DNA from: Okamejei kenojei
Taxonomy: Eukaryota
Length of the DNA stretch: 64,000 nt
Assembly (NCBI GenBank): GCA_035221665.1
Contig: CM069159.1
Span: 17,918,001 to 17,982,000, forward strand
Direction: 5' to 3'
Below, piece by piece: positions 38,681-51,872 of this stretch. Each line of letters begins with the position of its first letter. Within the stretch, counting starts at the first letter, position 1. A program made the translations under genes and the position numbers. The notes under the pieces are model-generated. The model ran no database searches. It was not told the DNA's origin and saw only the letters and a program-made list of their open reading frames with translations.

Positions 38681-39472
38681 CCAAGTCCAAACTGATAAAG
38701 TTATTTTATTTTAATAATGACACTGGTAACATCAATTGACCAATTGACTCAAAATCCATAGGAATTGCTCAAACTCTTTGAAATTTCACTCCTCAGTAGG
38801 AGCTGTCTGAATTTTGGCTAAATTAAGGAATGGGTCCTGTAACCAAAGGATTGAGAGCCTGAATGTGGCCGAAACATCAAAGGTTTGCGCCAGAGCACCT
38901 AGAAGCTGAGGGTTTATTGGTTTGGTCCCAGCTGTTCCGGTGAAGGCGATAGAAAAGAAGAGCAATATTACCAGGGATATTGTATTTCATCCAATTTATA
39001 TGAGACATTGTACAGTTAACCAAGACTAACATGATTGAGTTGTGCAGGAAGGTGTATCAATCTTTTTCTGCTGCCCTAACACTAACTGGTGAAGTGATTC
39101 TGCAGAAATGTAATAGGAACTGAAAATTGTTTCCTGGTACATGTTAGATTCCAGTTTCTCAAATCTACAGCATATAATTATTGTTTCAACCCGTTCAGAT
39201 CTAAATCCAATGTGAAGTTCTGAGTTTCAAGTTTGCTATTGCCCATATTATTTTGGGCCATTTATTGCAATTTTGAGCAAAGTCCAGTCAAAATCATGTT
39301 AAGTTTCTTGCATGAAACACAACACAGGTGATTCATCGAACCTTCAATTTAAACTGCTTTTTGTTCATTGCCACATAAAGACATGCGTGTTTTTGTTTCA
39401 CTTCATTTGTTCCATATGCATAATGTTAAATAATTTGATACCATCATACTCTTCACTTTAGGTACCTAATTC

Positions 39473-39531
39473 ACAGAGTGAACAAAAGATCAAAGAGAAC
39501 AACTTTAGGCTGTGCACGGCTTACTCAAGAA
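39473..39531 (+). mobile_element. Diverged 3' fragment of the family at 22066-22207
   Basis: aagatcaaagagaacaactttaggctgtgcacg matches aagatcaaatagaac...caactttaggctgtgcacg. Confidence 0.7.
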
Positions 39532-40039
39532 AAATATAGATTTTTATGTGATTAATAGCTTCTGTGTTGACAATTCACCATGTATTCTGGGCATTAAAAT
39601 GAAAAGAAATGCTAATAATATAAACACAATAACGTTTTGTGGAAACACTAATGCAATCTCAAGCAACTATTTGTTAAAAGTTAGTTTCACTCTCTTCACA
39701 GAATAAGTTACTGTAATGGAATCGAGGTCATTAAATTCAATTACATGTAATAGTTGGATATATTGTCCAGAACAAGCTACTGTCTGTGCATTGTACATTG
39801 AAAAGCACAGCATAGAATAGGCCCTTCAGCCCACTATGTCTGTACCAAATATGATGCCTAGATAAACTAATCTCATTTGCCTGCACATGATTCATCTTAA
39901 AGCAATGCCCTCTAATCTTTGATGTTGCCACCTTGTGGGGGGGGGGAAAGTTCCGAGTATCTACCCTTACTCTGCCTCTCAAATTTCTGTACTTCCAGAA
40001 ATTCCAGAGAAAACAATCCAAGTTAGCCCTACCTCACCT

Positions 40040-40190
40040 TGTAGCTAAAACCACCCATTGCAGGAAGACAGAGCTCCCAGATGGAGACAAAGAGAATGCA
40101 AACTCCACACAGACAGCACACGAGGTTAGGTTTGGACCTGGGTCCCTGGCGCTGTGAGGCAGCAGCTCTCCAACCTGTGCCACTGTCCTG
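40040..40190 (-). mobile_element. HE1-like SINE, 5' half
   Basis: gcaaactccacacagacagcac...ggcgctgtgaggcagcagctc...gtgccactgt. Confidence 0.75.
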
Positions 40191-40695
40191 CACTGGGTAT
40201 TGAAAAGGAAAAGCTGTAGATGCTGGAAATAAGTAAGGAAACACTCCATGGATCAGACAGCATCTCGGTGAAACAGAGTTAAATGTTTCAGGTTGAAGAT
40301 CATTGATCTTTGGATTAAAACACTTCAACCACAAATGTCTACTCAGTTTCTATTCCCAAATGCTGCCTGGCCCTCTGAGTATTTGCTTTTACTCAGATTT
40401 GTATCAGTTGGTGTGTTCTGCAATTCATCACTCCAGTACTTGGCTTCTCATTGTCTGCATGGCCCTCATGAATCTTCTATTTTTGCTCCACCAAACCAAT
40501 CTGCTGTGATCTGCAAGCATTCATCTCCCTCTCTTCAACAATACCAAAAGGAATTCTGTCATCTGAACATCTTGGGTCTGCACCCTATCACAGATTTTCT
40601 CATCTCTTCCCTCATTTCCCCCCTTCCCAAACCCTAATCCCGCCTTCCATGCAACTGAAAAAAAAAAACATGTGCATTCTCACTTTTCAAGTGCT

Positions 40696-40840
40696 GATAG
40701 ACAATAGACAATAGGTGCAGGAGCATGCCATTTGGCCCTTGCCATGGCTGATCATCCCCAATCAGTACCCTGTTCTTGCCTTCTCCCCATATCCCCTGAC
40801 TCCGCTATTTTTAAGAGCTCTACCTAGCTCTCTCTTGAAA
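40696..40840 (-). mobile_element. CR1/HER1 3' tail
   Basis: (atagaca)n tail and catggctgatcatccccaatcagtaccc. Confidence 0.85.
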
Positions 40841-41406
40841 GAATCATCTGATGAAGAATCATCAACTTAAAAGTTAGCTTTGTTTCACTCTCCACAAATG
40901 CTGCCTGACCTGAGTCTTTCTCATGTTTTATGTTCTCGTGTCATCATTTTGTATTTGGTCAGTCCTGACATTCCAGTATTAACCTATCGCAACCAACATC
41001 CTTTTATTTACGTTAATTACAACTTTAAATTTGTTGCTTATTACTTTTGAAATCAAAGCAATAAATCCTTGTGGTTAGGATTATGACAAATTTATTGAAA
41101 TGTCGGCTCTAATTCATCCCAATTATTGTAATTCATGGGCGATTATTTCATGTGCCTGCTGTCATCAATAAAATTGATACACAGTGCCTTGTTAGTAATC
41201 TAAAAAAACACTAATTAAAAAAAAAGATCAAATAAAAATAAAAAACGCAGTAAGAAAAGACAGATCAGAAACATCTAGTTTTTTTCATCTTTTTCTTTCG
41301 ACAATTAGTTGTGTTTCATCAAGGGGAACATTGTGAGGGTTGAGGAATTGAACATGTAATATCTTGGTCACCTGATTCGATCATGCATTTCATGCCAATG
41401 TCAATG

Positions 41407-41668
41407 GTTGTGTAGAAAAGAACTGCAGATGCTGGTTTATGCTGAAGACACTAGGTGCTGAAGTAATGAAGTAAGTAATGCGAGTAAGGCAGCATCTCTG
41501 GAGAAAAAGGATAGGCGTAATTTCAGGTCGGCACCTTTTTTCAGAGTCCCTTTCCCTTTCCCTGACTCAGTCTGAAGAAGGGTCCCGACCTGAAACGTCA
41601 CCTATCCTTTTCCTCCAGAGATGCAGCGTGACCCCCTGAGTTACTCCAGCACTTTGTGTCTATCTTCT
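41407..41668. mobile_element. Inverted pair of Penelope terminal repeats
   Basis: Minus copy ~41410-41545 and plus copy ~41568-41668; tgtcaatg duplicated at 41399-41406 and 41669-41676. Confidence 0.8.
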
Positions 41669-42129
41669 TGTCAATGTTGCTTTTCTCGACCTCAACATTA
41701 TGCCTCAGTTTTAATCCGTGAAAAGATAATGAAGCTGGCATTTAGTCATAAATGAAAGGAGCAGAATTAGGCCATTTGGCCCATCAAGTCTACTCCGTCA
41801 TTCAATCATGGCTGATCTATCTCTCCCTCCTAACCCCATTCTCCTGCCTTCTGACACCTGTCTGAGGTTTGTGACTTTATGAAATCTAACTGAATTGGAG
41901 TATTTTTGAGCCATGCCACGAGGAAATAGAGTCCATCCACCAACTCATTTCAGGTTTAATCCATCCAATGTGCATTCATAATTTAAATCCTGAAGTAAAA
42001 CAATTGTGTTTTCAGCTTGTAAGAGCCACTTGGAACTGCAGTCTTGTGCTCAGCATACAGTAATATGCATCACATTGTATATGATTTCAATGATCCAAGT
42101 CATATCCAAGAATATTACTTGATTGGAAA

Positions 42130-42410
42130 ATACAGCCTGGAAGCAAGCCCTCCGGCCCACCAAATCCATACTTAACACCATTCACCCATAAACACAAATT
42201 CTCTGCAAACCCACTTTCTCGCCCACTCCCGATACACTGGGGGCAATTTTACAGAGACCTATTAACCCATAAACCGCATGCCTTTGGGAAGAGGGAGGAA
42301 ACCGGAGCAATCGGAAGAAACCCACGCATTCGCAGGGAGACCGGGCAAACTCCACACAGATGGCACCCGAGGTCAGGATCGAACGCGGGTCTCTGGCACT
42401 GTGAGGCAGC
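42130..42410 (-). mobile_element. HE1-like SINE
   Basis: Reverse V-domain and B-box-like gaggtcaggatcgaac. Confidence 0.85.
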
Positions 42411-43076
42411 CGGTCTGCATATGTTCTCTTTGCCTTCACACCCTAATGACGGCTATTTCTATTCCATCTGACTACCTGGACTGCGACCTGCCTGCTTTAA
42501 CCGAGTTCTTCCAATCCTGCCAAGTGTTTCTGTACATCAGCCTCAGCTGAAATTGTCTGGTGCCCCAGTCACCTTCTCCTTCAGTTGCCCCTTACATAAT
42601 CTTCCAGGTCATTAATTGCTGCTAACTCACACAGCAAACAGCTTGTCACCTTTCACAGTTCACTGGCTTTCCATATAACAGGGTTTCCGGAGCCTGAAGA
42701 AGGGTCCTGACCATAAATTCCACCTATCCATTGCTCTCCAGAGATGGTGCCTGACCCGCTGAGTTACTCTGCCACCTGTATCTTCTCCACTAAAAATCTG
42801 AAATCCAAATTCAGGTCGGCTTCAACAGCTGCCGCTTCCACCTTTAGTTCATAAGTTGTGGTTAACCATAAGTTGTGGTTAATGAATTATCTAGGTCAGA
42901 TTGGATTGACAGGTCATCCATCTAATTCTGATTTATGAGTTCAAATGAAGAAATCCAGACGCAGGTCTTGGTCTTTCCGTACTCCTCACTACGAGTCAGT
43001 TTTCAACTTTGCCAGACCATATTTGCCAACCCTGTGGTAGTATTTACTTGCTGATATTCTAATATATCCAATAAAT

Positions 43077-43495
43077 GGGTGGCCCAATGGCGCAGCTGGT
43101 AGATCTGCTGCTACCAAATGCCAGAGACCCAGGTTCAGTCCTGACCTTGGGCGCTGTCTATGTGGAGTATGTATGTTCTCCCTGTGACTGCAGAGATTTC
43201 ACTCCTGTTGCTCTAATTTCCTCCCTCCTCTCAAAGTCATCCAAGTTTGTAGAAGGGACCCAACCCAAAACGTCTCCGATTATTTTTCTCCAGAGATGAT
43301 GCCTGACCCGCTGAGATACTCCAGCACATTGTGTCCATCTCAGGTTTGAGGGTTAATTGACCTCTGTAAATTCCTCGTGTGTTGGGAATGGATGCGAAAG
43401 TGGAATAACATGGAAAGGGTGTGAGCGGGTGATCAATAATCTGCAGCGACCCAGTGGGCCAAGCGGCCTGTTTTCAAGCTGTATCTCTAAACTAA
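43077..43495 (+). mobile_element. HE1-like SINE with nested Penelope terminal unit (~43250-43340)
   Basis: Head tggcgcagctggtaga, V-domain, and tail tctctaaactaaa. Confidence 0.8.
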
Positions 43496-44059
43496 ATTGC
43501 AAGTGTAACATTGACAGGAGACCCTGTGTATTTAATGAGGCTCCAGGAAAATCTGCAGACTTTGCTCCTAACATTTGCTCCTACAACAGCTTGTTTCCTC
43601 AATCACAAAACCACCTCCTCTCCTCACCATCTATCTGCCCCGAGCACCTTTCTCTTCGGCTGCATTTCATTTGGTCGCTCATCAGCGGCACAGGAATGTG
43701 AGAGTGTTGTCAATTCCACCAATCTATTCTGTCAGCAATCTATCAGATCCCTGGATTTATTTCAGAATGTATTTTTTATTAATAGCGGCAGCTTACCTTT
43801 ATTACTTTTGGATGGACCGTATGGTATCTAGGCGACAGCTGTGACTCACTCAGGATTTGGGAAATAGCACATTGTTCTGAGAGACTGCTGCTTGCAAACT
43901 GCAAATCTGATGGAAAGGGTTAACCCTTTCGATGGAAGAAACGAGATCTAAGATGGCTTGTTTCTCGGAAGTACAAAAGTTTTCAAAAGTGCACAGATAA
44001 AAACAATGGTCTCCTGTTTACTCGTTTAAAAAATGACAAAAAAAGTGCTGGAGAAACGT

Positions 44060-44357
44060 AGGGGGCACAATGGCGAGTTGCTGCCTTACAACACCAGAGA
44101 TTCAGGTTTGATCCTGGTTACGAGTAGTGTCTGTGCAGGATTTGTACATTCTCCCTGTGGCCGCCTGTGTTTTATAGACAATAGACGATTTCTCTGGGTG
44201 CTCTGGTTTCCTCCCACAATCCAAAGACATATAGGTTTTAGGTTAATTGGCTGTTGTAAATAGTCCCTAGTGTGTAAGATAGTGCTAGTGCATCGTTGGT
44301 CAGTGCGGACTTGGTGGAATTGAAGCATCTGTTTCCACGATGTTTCTCAAGTCTAAA
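44060..44357 (+). mobile_element. HE1-like SINE
   Basis: Head, V-domain and tail as in 2102-2400. Confidence 0.8.
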
Positions 44358-46062
44358 CTCAGTGGGTAAGGCAGCATCTCTGGAGAACATGGACATGTGA
44401 TATTTCAGACTGAACAAGCATCCTAGCCTGTCCATGTGTCTTTATTTTGTGAGCTCGCATTTGCAGTTCCTCGTTTCTACCCTCTTGTTTATTCATATTG
44501 TTCCCATTCATTGCAACCTGGAAAAATATTGTGGTAATTCTTGGCCACAATTCCTAATCTATGACCATACCAAAGCAGACAGGCAGCTGATAGACAATCT
44601 TGCTGGTTCGATGCTTCCAGGATTGCTCTGTTTGATCTGAGTGGCGGCAGGGCCTTCAACCATCCAGTGAGGAAACCCTGACCTTGAAATGGCCCTCTCA
44701 GCTTTGAGAGCCATAAAACTCCACCCACAGTTTGGTAGAGATCAGATCTGCAGGCCTTTAATGTTAGTGATATTTACAAACTAATAAGACTGGCAGGAGT
44801 TATTTTAATAACATTAAAAATGAAAGCTGAAAGGGCCTTATAAATAAGTACAAATGTTGAACAAATGTAAAAATAATTAAATTAAAGGCTTTCCCTTCCC
44901 ATTTCTGATCTGTAGTCCTACAAACCCCAGTGAAGTCAATGGGATATTGGATCCTACACTCATCTGAGCATGAGACCCAAGACCAATTCCCATACAAGGT
45001 GGAGCTGTGCCATTGAACTCTAAACAAAGTCCAGTGAATCGTTCAGTCTGTAGAAAGGTTCCGATCCAACATGTCACCTGTTCCTTTTTTCTCCGGAGAT
45101 GCTGCCTGACCCGCTGACTTACTCTGTCATTTTGTGTCTACCTTTGGTATAAACCAGCATCTGCAGTTCCTTCCTACCAAGTCCTATATTGGTTCTGACT
45201 ATAGGCATACAACAGGCAAGATCCAGGCCATTGGCATATACGGCAAAGATCTGAGCACCTTTCCTCGAGCATTAGCATCTCTCTAGCATTTACCCTCAAA
45301 TGACCCTGATGCACGTGTCAGCCTTTGCTGACAATGTCAGGAGACTTTGACACTTCAGTCAGGTTCACACCTGTGTCTGCATCACCGTTAGCACTGAAAA
45401 ATGACCAGGGGCCAGGTAGCAAAACAGACCTCTATCCACTTAACTGAATTACTTCATGCCAGCTATAGTCTCACTGCCCTGACTGAGACAAGATAGCTTA
45501 GTACAGATGGGCATCACTGCTGTGGCTGCTTGGCCAGATGGCTTAGCTACACAATACTGGTTATTCCCTGCTATACCACATTTCTAACCCTTGAGTATTC
45601 ACTGGCTTTCCCGCAGATGGACCTGTGAGATTCTTAAAGCAAGAATACCACAGTACAATCTTCCATCAGGCTCATTTTGGTCCTTATTATAATCCTGTTT
45701 TGTTTGTACGATTTAGTAATCATCCTCGTGGATCAGATGTGGGAAGTGAAGCTTTGAATGTTATCTTAAAAGTGGGTTATTCACAGGGAAATGCTTGAGT
45801 TCACAAACAGGGCAGGTAAATGTGCTTTCTTATAAAATATTTCAGTGTTCTCCTTACAATGGTTACTGGCTGAAATGGGTGTCCCTGAGTACTACGGAAT
45901 ACTGCCAGTCAGACGCGGTATTAAAATGACGTTGTCTTCCTGAGAGCTAATAAGGTCATTGCTTTTAAGTCTGAAGAAGCGTCTAGACCCGAAATGTCAC
46001 CCATTCCTTCTCTCCAGAAATGCTGCCTGTCCCGCTGAGTTACTCCAGCTTTTTGCATCTAT

Positions 46063-46705
46063 CTCAAGAGTCAAGAGTGTTTTATTGTCATGTGTCCCGG
46101 ACGGGACAATGAAATTCTTACTGCAGCACAACAGAATATGGGAATATGTAAACATTGTATATAACGGGGAAAAAAAAAGTTCAATAAATAATAAATATAG
46201 TGCAAATAACAAATAATAATATAGTCTTTTGCAGTTCAGAGCTCATAGCTTATTTGTTGTGTTTAATAGCCTGATGGCTGTGGGGAAGAAGCTGTTCCCG
46301 AAACCGGATGTTACAGTCTTCAGGCTCCTGTACCTTCTTCCTGATGGCAATAGTGCGATGCGTGTGTGGCCAGGATGGTGCGGGTCCTTGATGATTTTGG
46401 CTGCTTTTCTGAGGCAGCGACTACGATAGATCCCTTTGACGGTGGGGAGGTCAAAGCCGGTGATGAACTGGGCAGTGGTCACAACTTTTTGTAGTATTTT
46501 TCGCTCCTGGACGTTCAAGTTGCCGAACCAGGCCACGATGCAACCAGTCAGAATGCTCTCTACCGTGCACCTGTAGAGGTTTAGGGGAATCCTCTTCGAT
46601 ATGCTGAATCTCCATAATCTTCTCAGGAAGTAGAGTCACTGTTGTGCCATCTTTACAATTGCATCGGTGTGCTGGGTCCAGGAAAGATCTTCTGATATAT
46701 GCATT
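46063..46705 (-). mobile_element. Rex1/Babar LINE 3' end nested in a Penelope terminal unit (45969-46062 and 46706-46754)
   Basis: AWFGN...LQKVV...IIKDPHHPGH...LLPSGRRYRS...NSFFPTAIRLLN; the host unit has TSD ttgcttttaa at 45959-45968 and 46755-46764. Confidence 0.9.
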
Positions 46706-47431
46706 CTGATATATATATATCTTCGGTTTAAACCAGCATCTGCAGTTCCTTTTTTTGCTTTTAATAGTTTATCCACATTGCTTTTAATAGTTTTGAAGTG
46801 TCTGAAACAGACCACATTTCAGGACTGGAGTGCTCGAGGATGCAGCAATTTCTGCTATGTTTACACTATTCTTTTCTCTCAGAAACTGTGTGTTATTTTC
46901 TCCAGTGGTACATTTGTATGCTGTTCACGAGTCTCTATAGCTAAGGTACATAGCAGCCTGCTGCTTCTTGACACAGTTAAGAAGCTTTGAAAAAAAAGCA
47001 AGACTCAAACCTGCAGGGGTACTTCCGATTTGGAATTGGAATTTCCATTTTCTAATGATGCTTCAGTTAGATTATTCTCTTTCATGGTGGCAGCTTTGAT
47101 GTACAACCATCAACACAAATGCAAGGGTTGTGGTGATGAAAATATTATCCGTACAGTAAGAAGATGGATCATTGGTGATTAACCTGAGTATCCACCCAAA
47201 CCTCTCAATGTTGACAACATGTGACACAAAAAGACTAGTTCATATTTTAAAGTATATTGTGATTAAAACACGAGTCATTAATGTATAGAATAAATTGAAT
47301 AGGAATACAAAAGTGAGTTTAGCAATCAGCTGCAATTATTTGCATTCCTTCTTTAATCAATTTTCTTTGAGTGATTAGTGCAGGGGAGGAGTCATACCAA
47401 ATAATCTAATTCTAAACCGCTGTGTGCATTT

Positions 47432-47660
47432 AGGGTACACAAAAGGCTGGAGAAACTCAGCGGGTGCAGCAGCATCTAAGGAGCGAAGGAGATAGGCGAC
47501 GTTTCGGGTCGAGACCCTTCTTCAGGGTCAGGGATCAGGGAAACGAGAGATATAGACGGTGATGTGGAGAGATAAAGAACAATGAATGAAAGATATGCAA
47601 AAGAGTATCAATGATAAAGGGAACAAGCCATTGTAAGCTGTTTGTGGTGTGAAAATTAGT
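47432..47660 (-). mobile_element. Penelope 3' UTR and terminal repeat
   Basis: Reverse complement of the 17360-17583 region. Confidence 0.85.
47498..47525 (-). ncRNA. Minimal type I hammerhead-like core (best-preserved representative copy)
   Basis: CUGAAGA-A-GGGUC(UC)GACCC-GAAA-CG-UC: core, stem II and palindromic mini stem III are present; stem I is weak. Confidence 0.55.
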
Positions 47661-47967
47661 TTGTCTTGACCCAAGGTCTCTGCTATTGTCTTTTACACCA
47701 TTTTAGTTCATTTTTATACTTGCGAATACGGTATAATCTACAATCCACACTAACTAGATTTTATATTAAAGCTAGTTACCTTTTCCTCTATTATCCAGAA
47801 GATTTTTAGCTGAAGTGCTGGAGTAATTCAACGGGTCAGGCAGCATCTCTGGTGCACCTGGATAGGTGACATTTTGGGTCGGGACCTGAAACTGCACTGA
47901 TCCATGTTCTCCAGAGATCTTACCTGGCCTGCTGAACTACCCCAGCACTCTGTCTTTTTTTGTAAAC

Positions 47968-48280
47968 CAGGAGAGTCTAGGACTAGAGGTAATCGCCTCA
48001 GAATTAAAGGACGTTATTTTAGGAATGAGATGAGGCGAAATTTCTGTAGTCAGAGGTTGGTGAATCTATGGAATTCTTTGCCACAGAAAGCTGTGGATGC
48101 CAAGTCAGTGGATATTATTAAGGCGGAGTTAGATAAATTCTTGATTAGTACAGATGTCAGAGGTTATGGGGAAAAAGGCAGGAGAATTGAGTTAGGAGAG
48201 AGAGAGAGATCAGCTATGATTGAATGGGAGAGTAGACTTGATGGGCTGAATGGCCTAATTTTACTACTATCACTTATGAG
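47968..48280 (+). mobile_element. CR1/HER1 3' end
   Basis: GESRTRGNRLRIKGR...QRLVNLWNSLPQKAV plus tail. Confidence 0.9.
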
Positions 48281-50004
48281 CACCTGCAGTTCTTTGTTTT
48301 GATAACTGTTATTAACTGTGCTATTCTTTGATTCTTGAGATGTGTCATGTAAATACTCTGCAAGTACAGTATAAATCTAGTCAAAGCTGAACACATTTTA
48401 GGCATTGTAATCTGGCACTGTGTCAGATGTAGGTAGGTACCCACCCTGAAGGTAAAATATTTGGTGTATGTACTCTCCCATGCTAAAAGGAACTGGGATT
48501 CACCTTTGAGTGTAATGATCTGGATTTGGAAAAGGAGAAAAGACATAAACATTTACTAGAATGTCTGCTTTCCTTTATACTGGTCCCTTATGAGCAACAA
48601 TGAGTTTCAACATCTGCTTAGAAATGGAAATTTCCATTTATTTTTAATAATTTTGATTAAATTATATATTGTCTGCAGATGAAAAGGCTGGACATCACTC
48701 ATTCACACAAGACGTTTCAGACTTCCATAATTCAGAAACCTCTCACAGATAAGTTGTAGTTTCCTGCCTCCAGGGAAGAATTTTTCACTTGCTTGGATTT
48801 ACAACTGGAATTTGTGGCCTGCCTGAGTAACAACAGAGAAATCTTTGCAATTTATTTCAGCTGAAATTTCCACTCCGTGTCTTCCTGGTCCCTTAACAAC
48901 TTCAACATGGCAGAAATCAACACCGTTCAAAAAGTGGGAGATAGTTCTAAAATCACTATTTTTACATTAGCGCTTGTGTTGGACTTTAGTTGACAATTTA
49001 TATTACATGGTTATAAGCAGTAATGATTTCTTCTCAATGTTTTAAACACAGCACAGTAGTAGAGTTGCTTCAGACTGAAGAAGGGTCTCGACCCGAAACA
49101 TCACCTATTCCTTTTCTCCAGAGTTACTGTCTGACCCGCAGAGTTACTCCAACTTTTAAACTAGTTCCTGCACAATAAAATCTGTCACATCTTTATAAAC
49201 TATAGAAAAAATATCACTTCATAATTAAATCAGTGGAACTAAATACTTTTTGATACTTAATTTATCTTTCCTTAAAATCTAATTTGAAATCAATGTGTAT
49301 TCAGATTTGCATCATGTTTGACCTGATGCAAGGTTCAAGAGTTGAATTTCCAATGTACTTTTGTGGAGTGCCGCAAGATGGGTCTTTGCTATTAGTTTCT
49401 ATGGGCTCCAGTGGTAGGTTAAAAACAGAAACAATAATGGACTATGTGTGGATGCATTACCGTTCAGTAACATCATAGTTTATCTTTTACCTCAGCTCCT
49501 GACTGCATTTTTTAGTTATCACATTAACTAAATCTATCAACAAGAAACGAGAAATAGAATTTATGAAGTTTGACTTGTTAATTCCTTCCAAATCTGTCAG
49601 TATTTTTTGGAGTGGCAATTTTTACAACGTATCTAAGTGAAAGCGGGTACAATGAAGTTTGCACGGCCGAATAGCACGGCTCCCATTCAGCACCAGCCAC
49701 AATGTAATCGATTGATTTAACAGAATGTTCTTTCTGCATTTTATTTTTGTCCAGTCAACCGAGCAAACGTAAGATCTTCAAATAACATTCTGCATACACC
49801 AGTATCTTTAAGATGGTAGGATTGAGAGATATGGTACAAATATTACCCATTCCAGTATCACAACAGTCATTTCTGCTCAGAAAAAGCCGGTGGTTTTCAA
49901 CAGCACAGCGTAAATATAAATATATATTTATATGATATGCAATTTGCTTCTTGGTTATATGCTGCATTTACTTTTAGAATCACGAAGCAAATAGGTTTCA
50001 AAGG

Positions 50005-50430
50005 TCTTTTATTGTCACGTGTATCAATTAAGGTGCAGTGATATTCATATTACCATACAGCCACACTCAAAAAAGCAACAAGCCACATAACTACATAAAC
50101 ATCCACCACGGCAGATTCCCCACATTCCCCACTGTGGTGGAAGGCAATAAAGTCTAATCATCTTCCCTAATTTTTCTCCCGCGGTCGGGGCAGTCGAACC
50201 ATCCGTAGATGGGGCGATCGAAGCTCCCGATGTCAGTCTCCAACCAGAGACAGCAAGCTCTGCTATGTTAAAGTCCACAGGCTCCCGCAGTTGGAGTTCC
50301 AGCAAGCCCCCACATAAAACAAGCTAAAGAACACTAAAAACTTACTTTTAACACATATTAAAAAGAAAACAACAGAGAAGGAAGGGACAGACAGACTGTT
50401 GGTGAGGCAGCCATTGCTGGCGCCACCTGC
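50005..50430 (-). mobile_element. Shorter relative of the 4822-5568 non-autonomous element
   Basis: Shares acataaacatccaccac...ccacattcc and gacagacagac..ttgg..gcca with it. Confidence 0.65.
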
Positions 50431-50930
50431 TAGAGATGGAAGAAAAATACATCTGTTTCCATCACTGCAAATATTATTTCCCCTCTGACTGTCTGCCTGC
50501 ACTTTTTAAAGCTGTACCAAGAATACCAATCAGATACATCAATCTTGCCCATGGTGTGTGTTGAACAGACTGGAGATGCGATCATAGATCTGCTGCAGTA
50601 CACAGAAGGAACAAAAAATGTATGTGCCACAGGGAATGTGAAATGGTTCAATACGTTGTCTGAAATTGAACCCTCTGTATGAGGGGTGCCATGCGAAGTA
50701 CTTTGTTTAAAATGGTGGTTATTTTTAAAATGTACCTGACACTAACTCTTCCAAACTCTGAAGCATCCCCTGTATTTTTCCCAATACCTTGCCAAGTTGA
50801 CATGGACTAAAGACCGTGTGCACCGGTTGGAATAAACTAGGCCATTAAAATCTAAGAATAGAAACTCTTGACTATTGTTCTTGTGTCAAATTTTTTTTTG
50901 GGGATAAAAACCCATTCAGTTTAGATTGTG

Positions 50931-51107
50931 NNNNNNNNNNNNNNNNNNNNNNNNNNNNNNNNNNNNNNNNNNNNNNNNNNNNNNNNNNNNNNNNNNNNNN
51001 NNNNNNNNNNNNNNNNNNNNNNNNNNNNNNNNNNNNNNNNNNNNNNNNNNNNNNNNNNNNNNNNNNNNNNNNNNNNNNNNNNNNNNNNNNNNNNNNNNNN
51101 NNNNNNN
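50931..51107. other. Assembly gap (177 N)
   Basis: Run of N. Confidence 1.
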
Positions 51108-51321
51108 GCTCGGGGACGTCTCTTAGCAGCTCGTAACGCTAACAGCAGGTAATCGGGAAGACTCGCTAATGGCAGGTAGACTCGGGAAGATTTTTCAACG
51201 TTGAAAAATGTCCACGAGAGCCCCGAGTACCGACGAGTGGCCATAACCGTAAATCTCCGAGTTCGAATCAGGGCAAACTCGGGAGAGCTCGTGGAATGAA
51301 CTCGTAACATGGGACAGGGCT
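51108..51321. mobile_element. Right part of a Harbinger-like MITE related to 15868-16104
   Basis: Ends tgggacagggct followed by tta; internal gaaaaatgtccacgag is the reverse complement of ctcgtggacattttt in the first MITE. Confidence 0.75.
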
Positions 51322-51456
51322 TTAAGCGTCTACTTTGAAATTTCTGGAAACAAGAAAATTAAACTTTAATTTTTGCAACTTTGAATGTTGTTTCACATCG
51401 ATGAACAACTCTTCTATGGGAAAAATATGTTTGGCGCAATCTTTTAGAGAATTTAA

Positions 51457-51872
51457 CGATCGTTTCGCCGAACACCTCAGCTCGATAACAGCACAGCGCA
51501 ATAACCAACCCGACCTCCCGGTGGCTGAGCACTTCAACTCCCCCTCCCATTCCGTATCCGACCTCTCTGTCCTGGGCCTCCTCCACGGCCAGAGTGAGCA
51601 ACACCACAAATTGGAGGAACAGCACCTCATATTCTGCTTGGGGAGTCTGCATCCTCTTGGCATGAACATCTAATTCTCTCAATTCTGTTAACCCTTGCTG
51701 TCTCCTCCCCTTCCTACCTCTCGCTCAGCCCTCGGGCTCCTCCTCTTCCTTTTTTCTTTCTTCCACCCCCAATCAGTCTGAAGAAGGGTTTTGGCCCGAA
51801 ACATTGCATATCTCCTTCCCTCCATAGATGCTGCTGCACCCGCTGAGTTTCTCCAGCATTTTGTGTACCCTT
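51457..51872 (+). mobile_element. Penelope GIY-YIG C-terminus and terminal repeat
   Basis: DRFAEHL...DLPVAEHFNSPSHS...KLEEQHLIFCLGSLHPLGMNI. Confidence 0.9.

Noticed and set aside
42850-42882. 17-bp tandem duplication, plus poly-C and (CT)n/(AT)n tracts elsewhere
   Set aside because: Ordinary slippage products.
50921-51310. ORFs spanning the N run
   Set aside because: Artefacts of the assembly gap.
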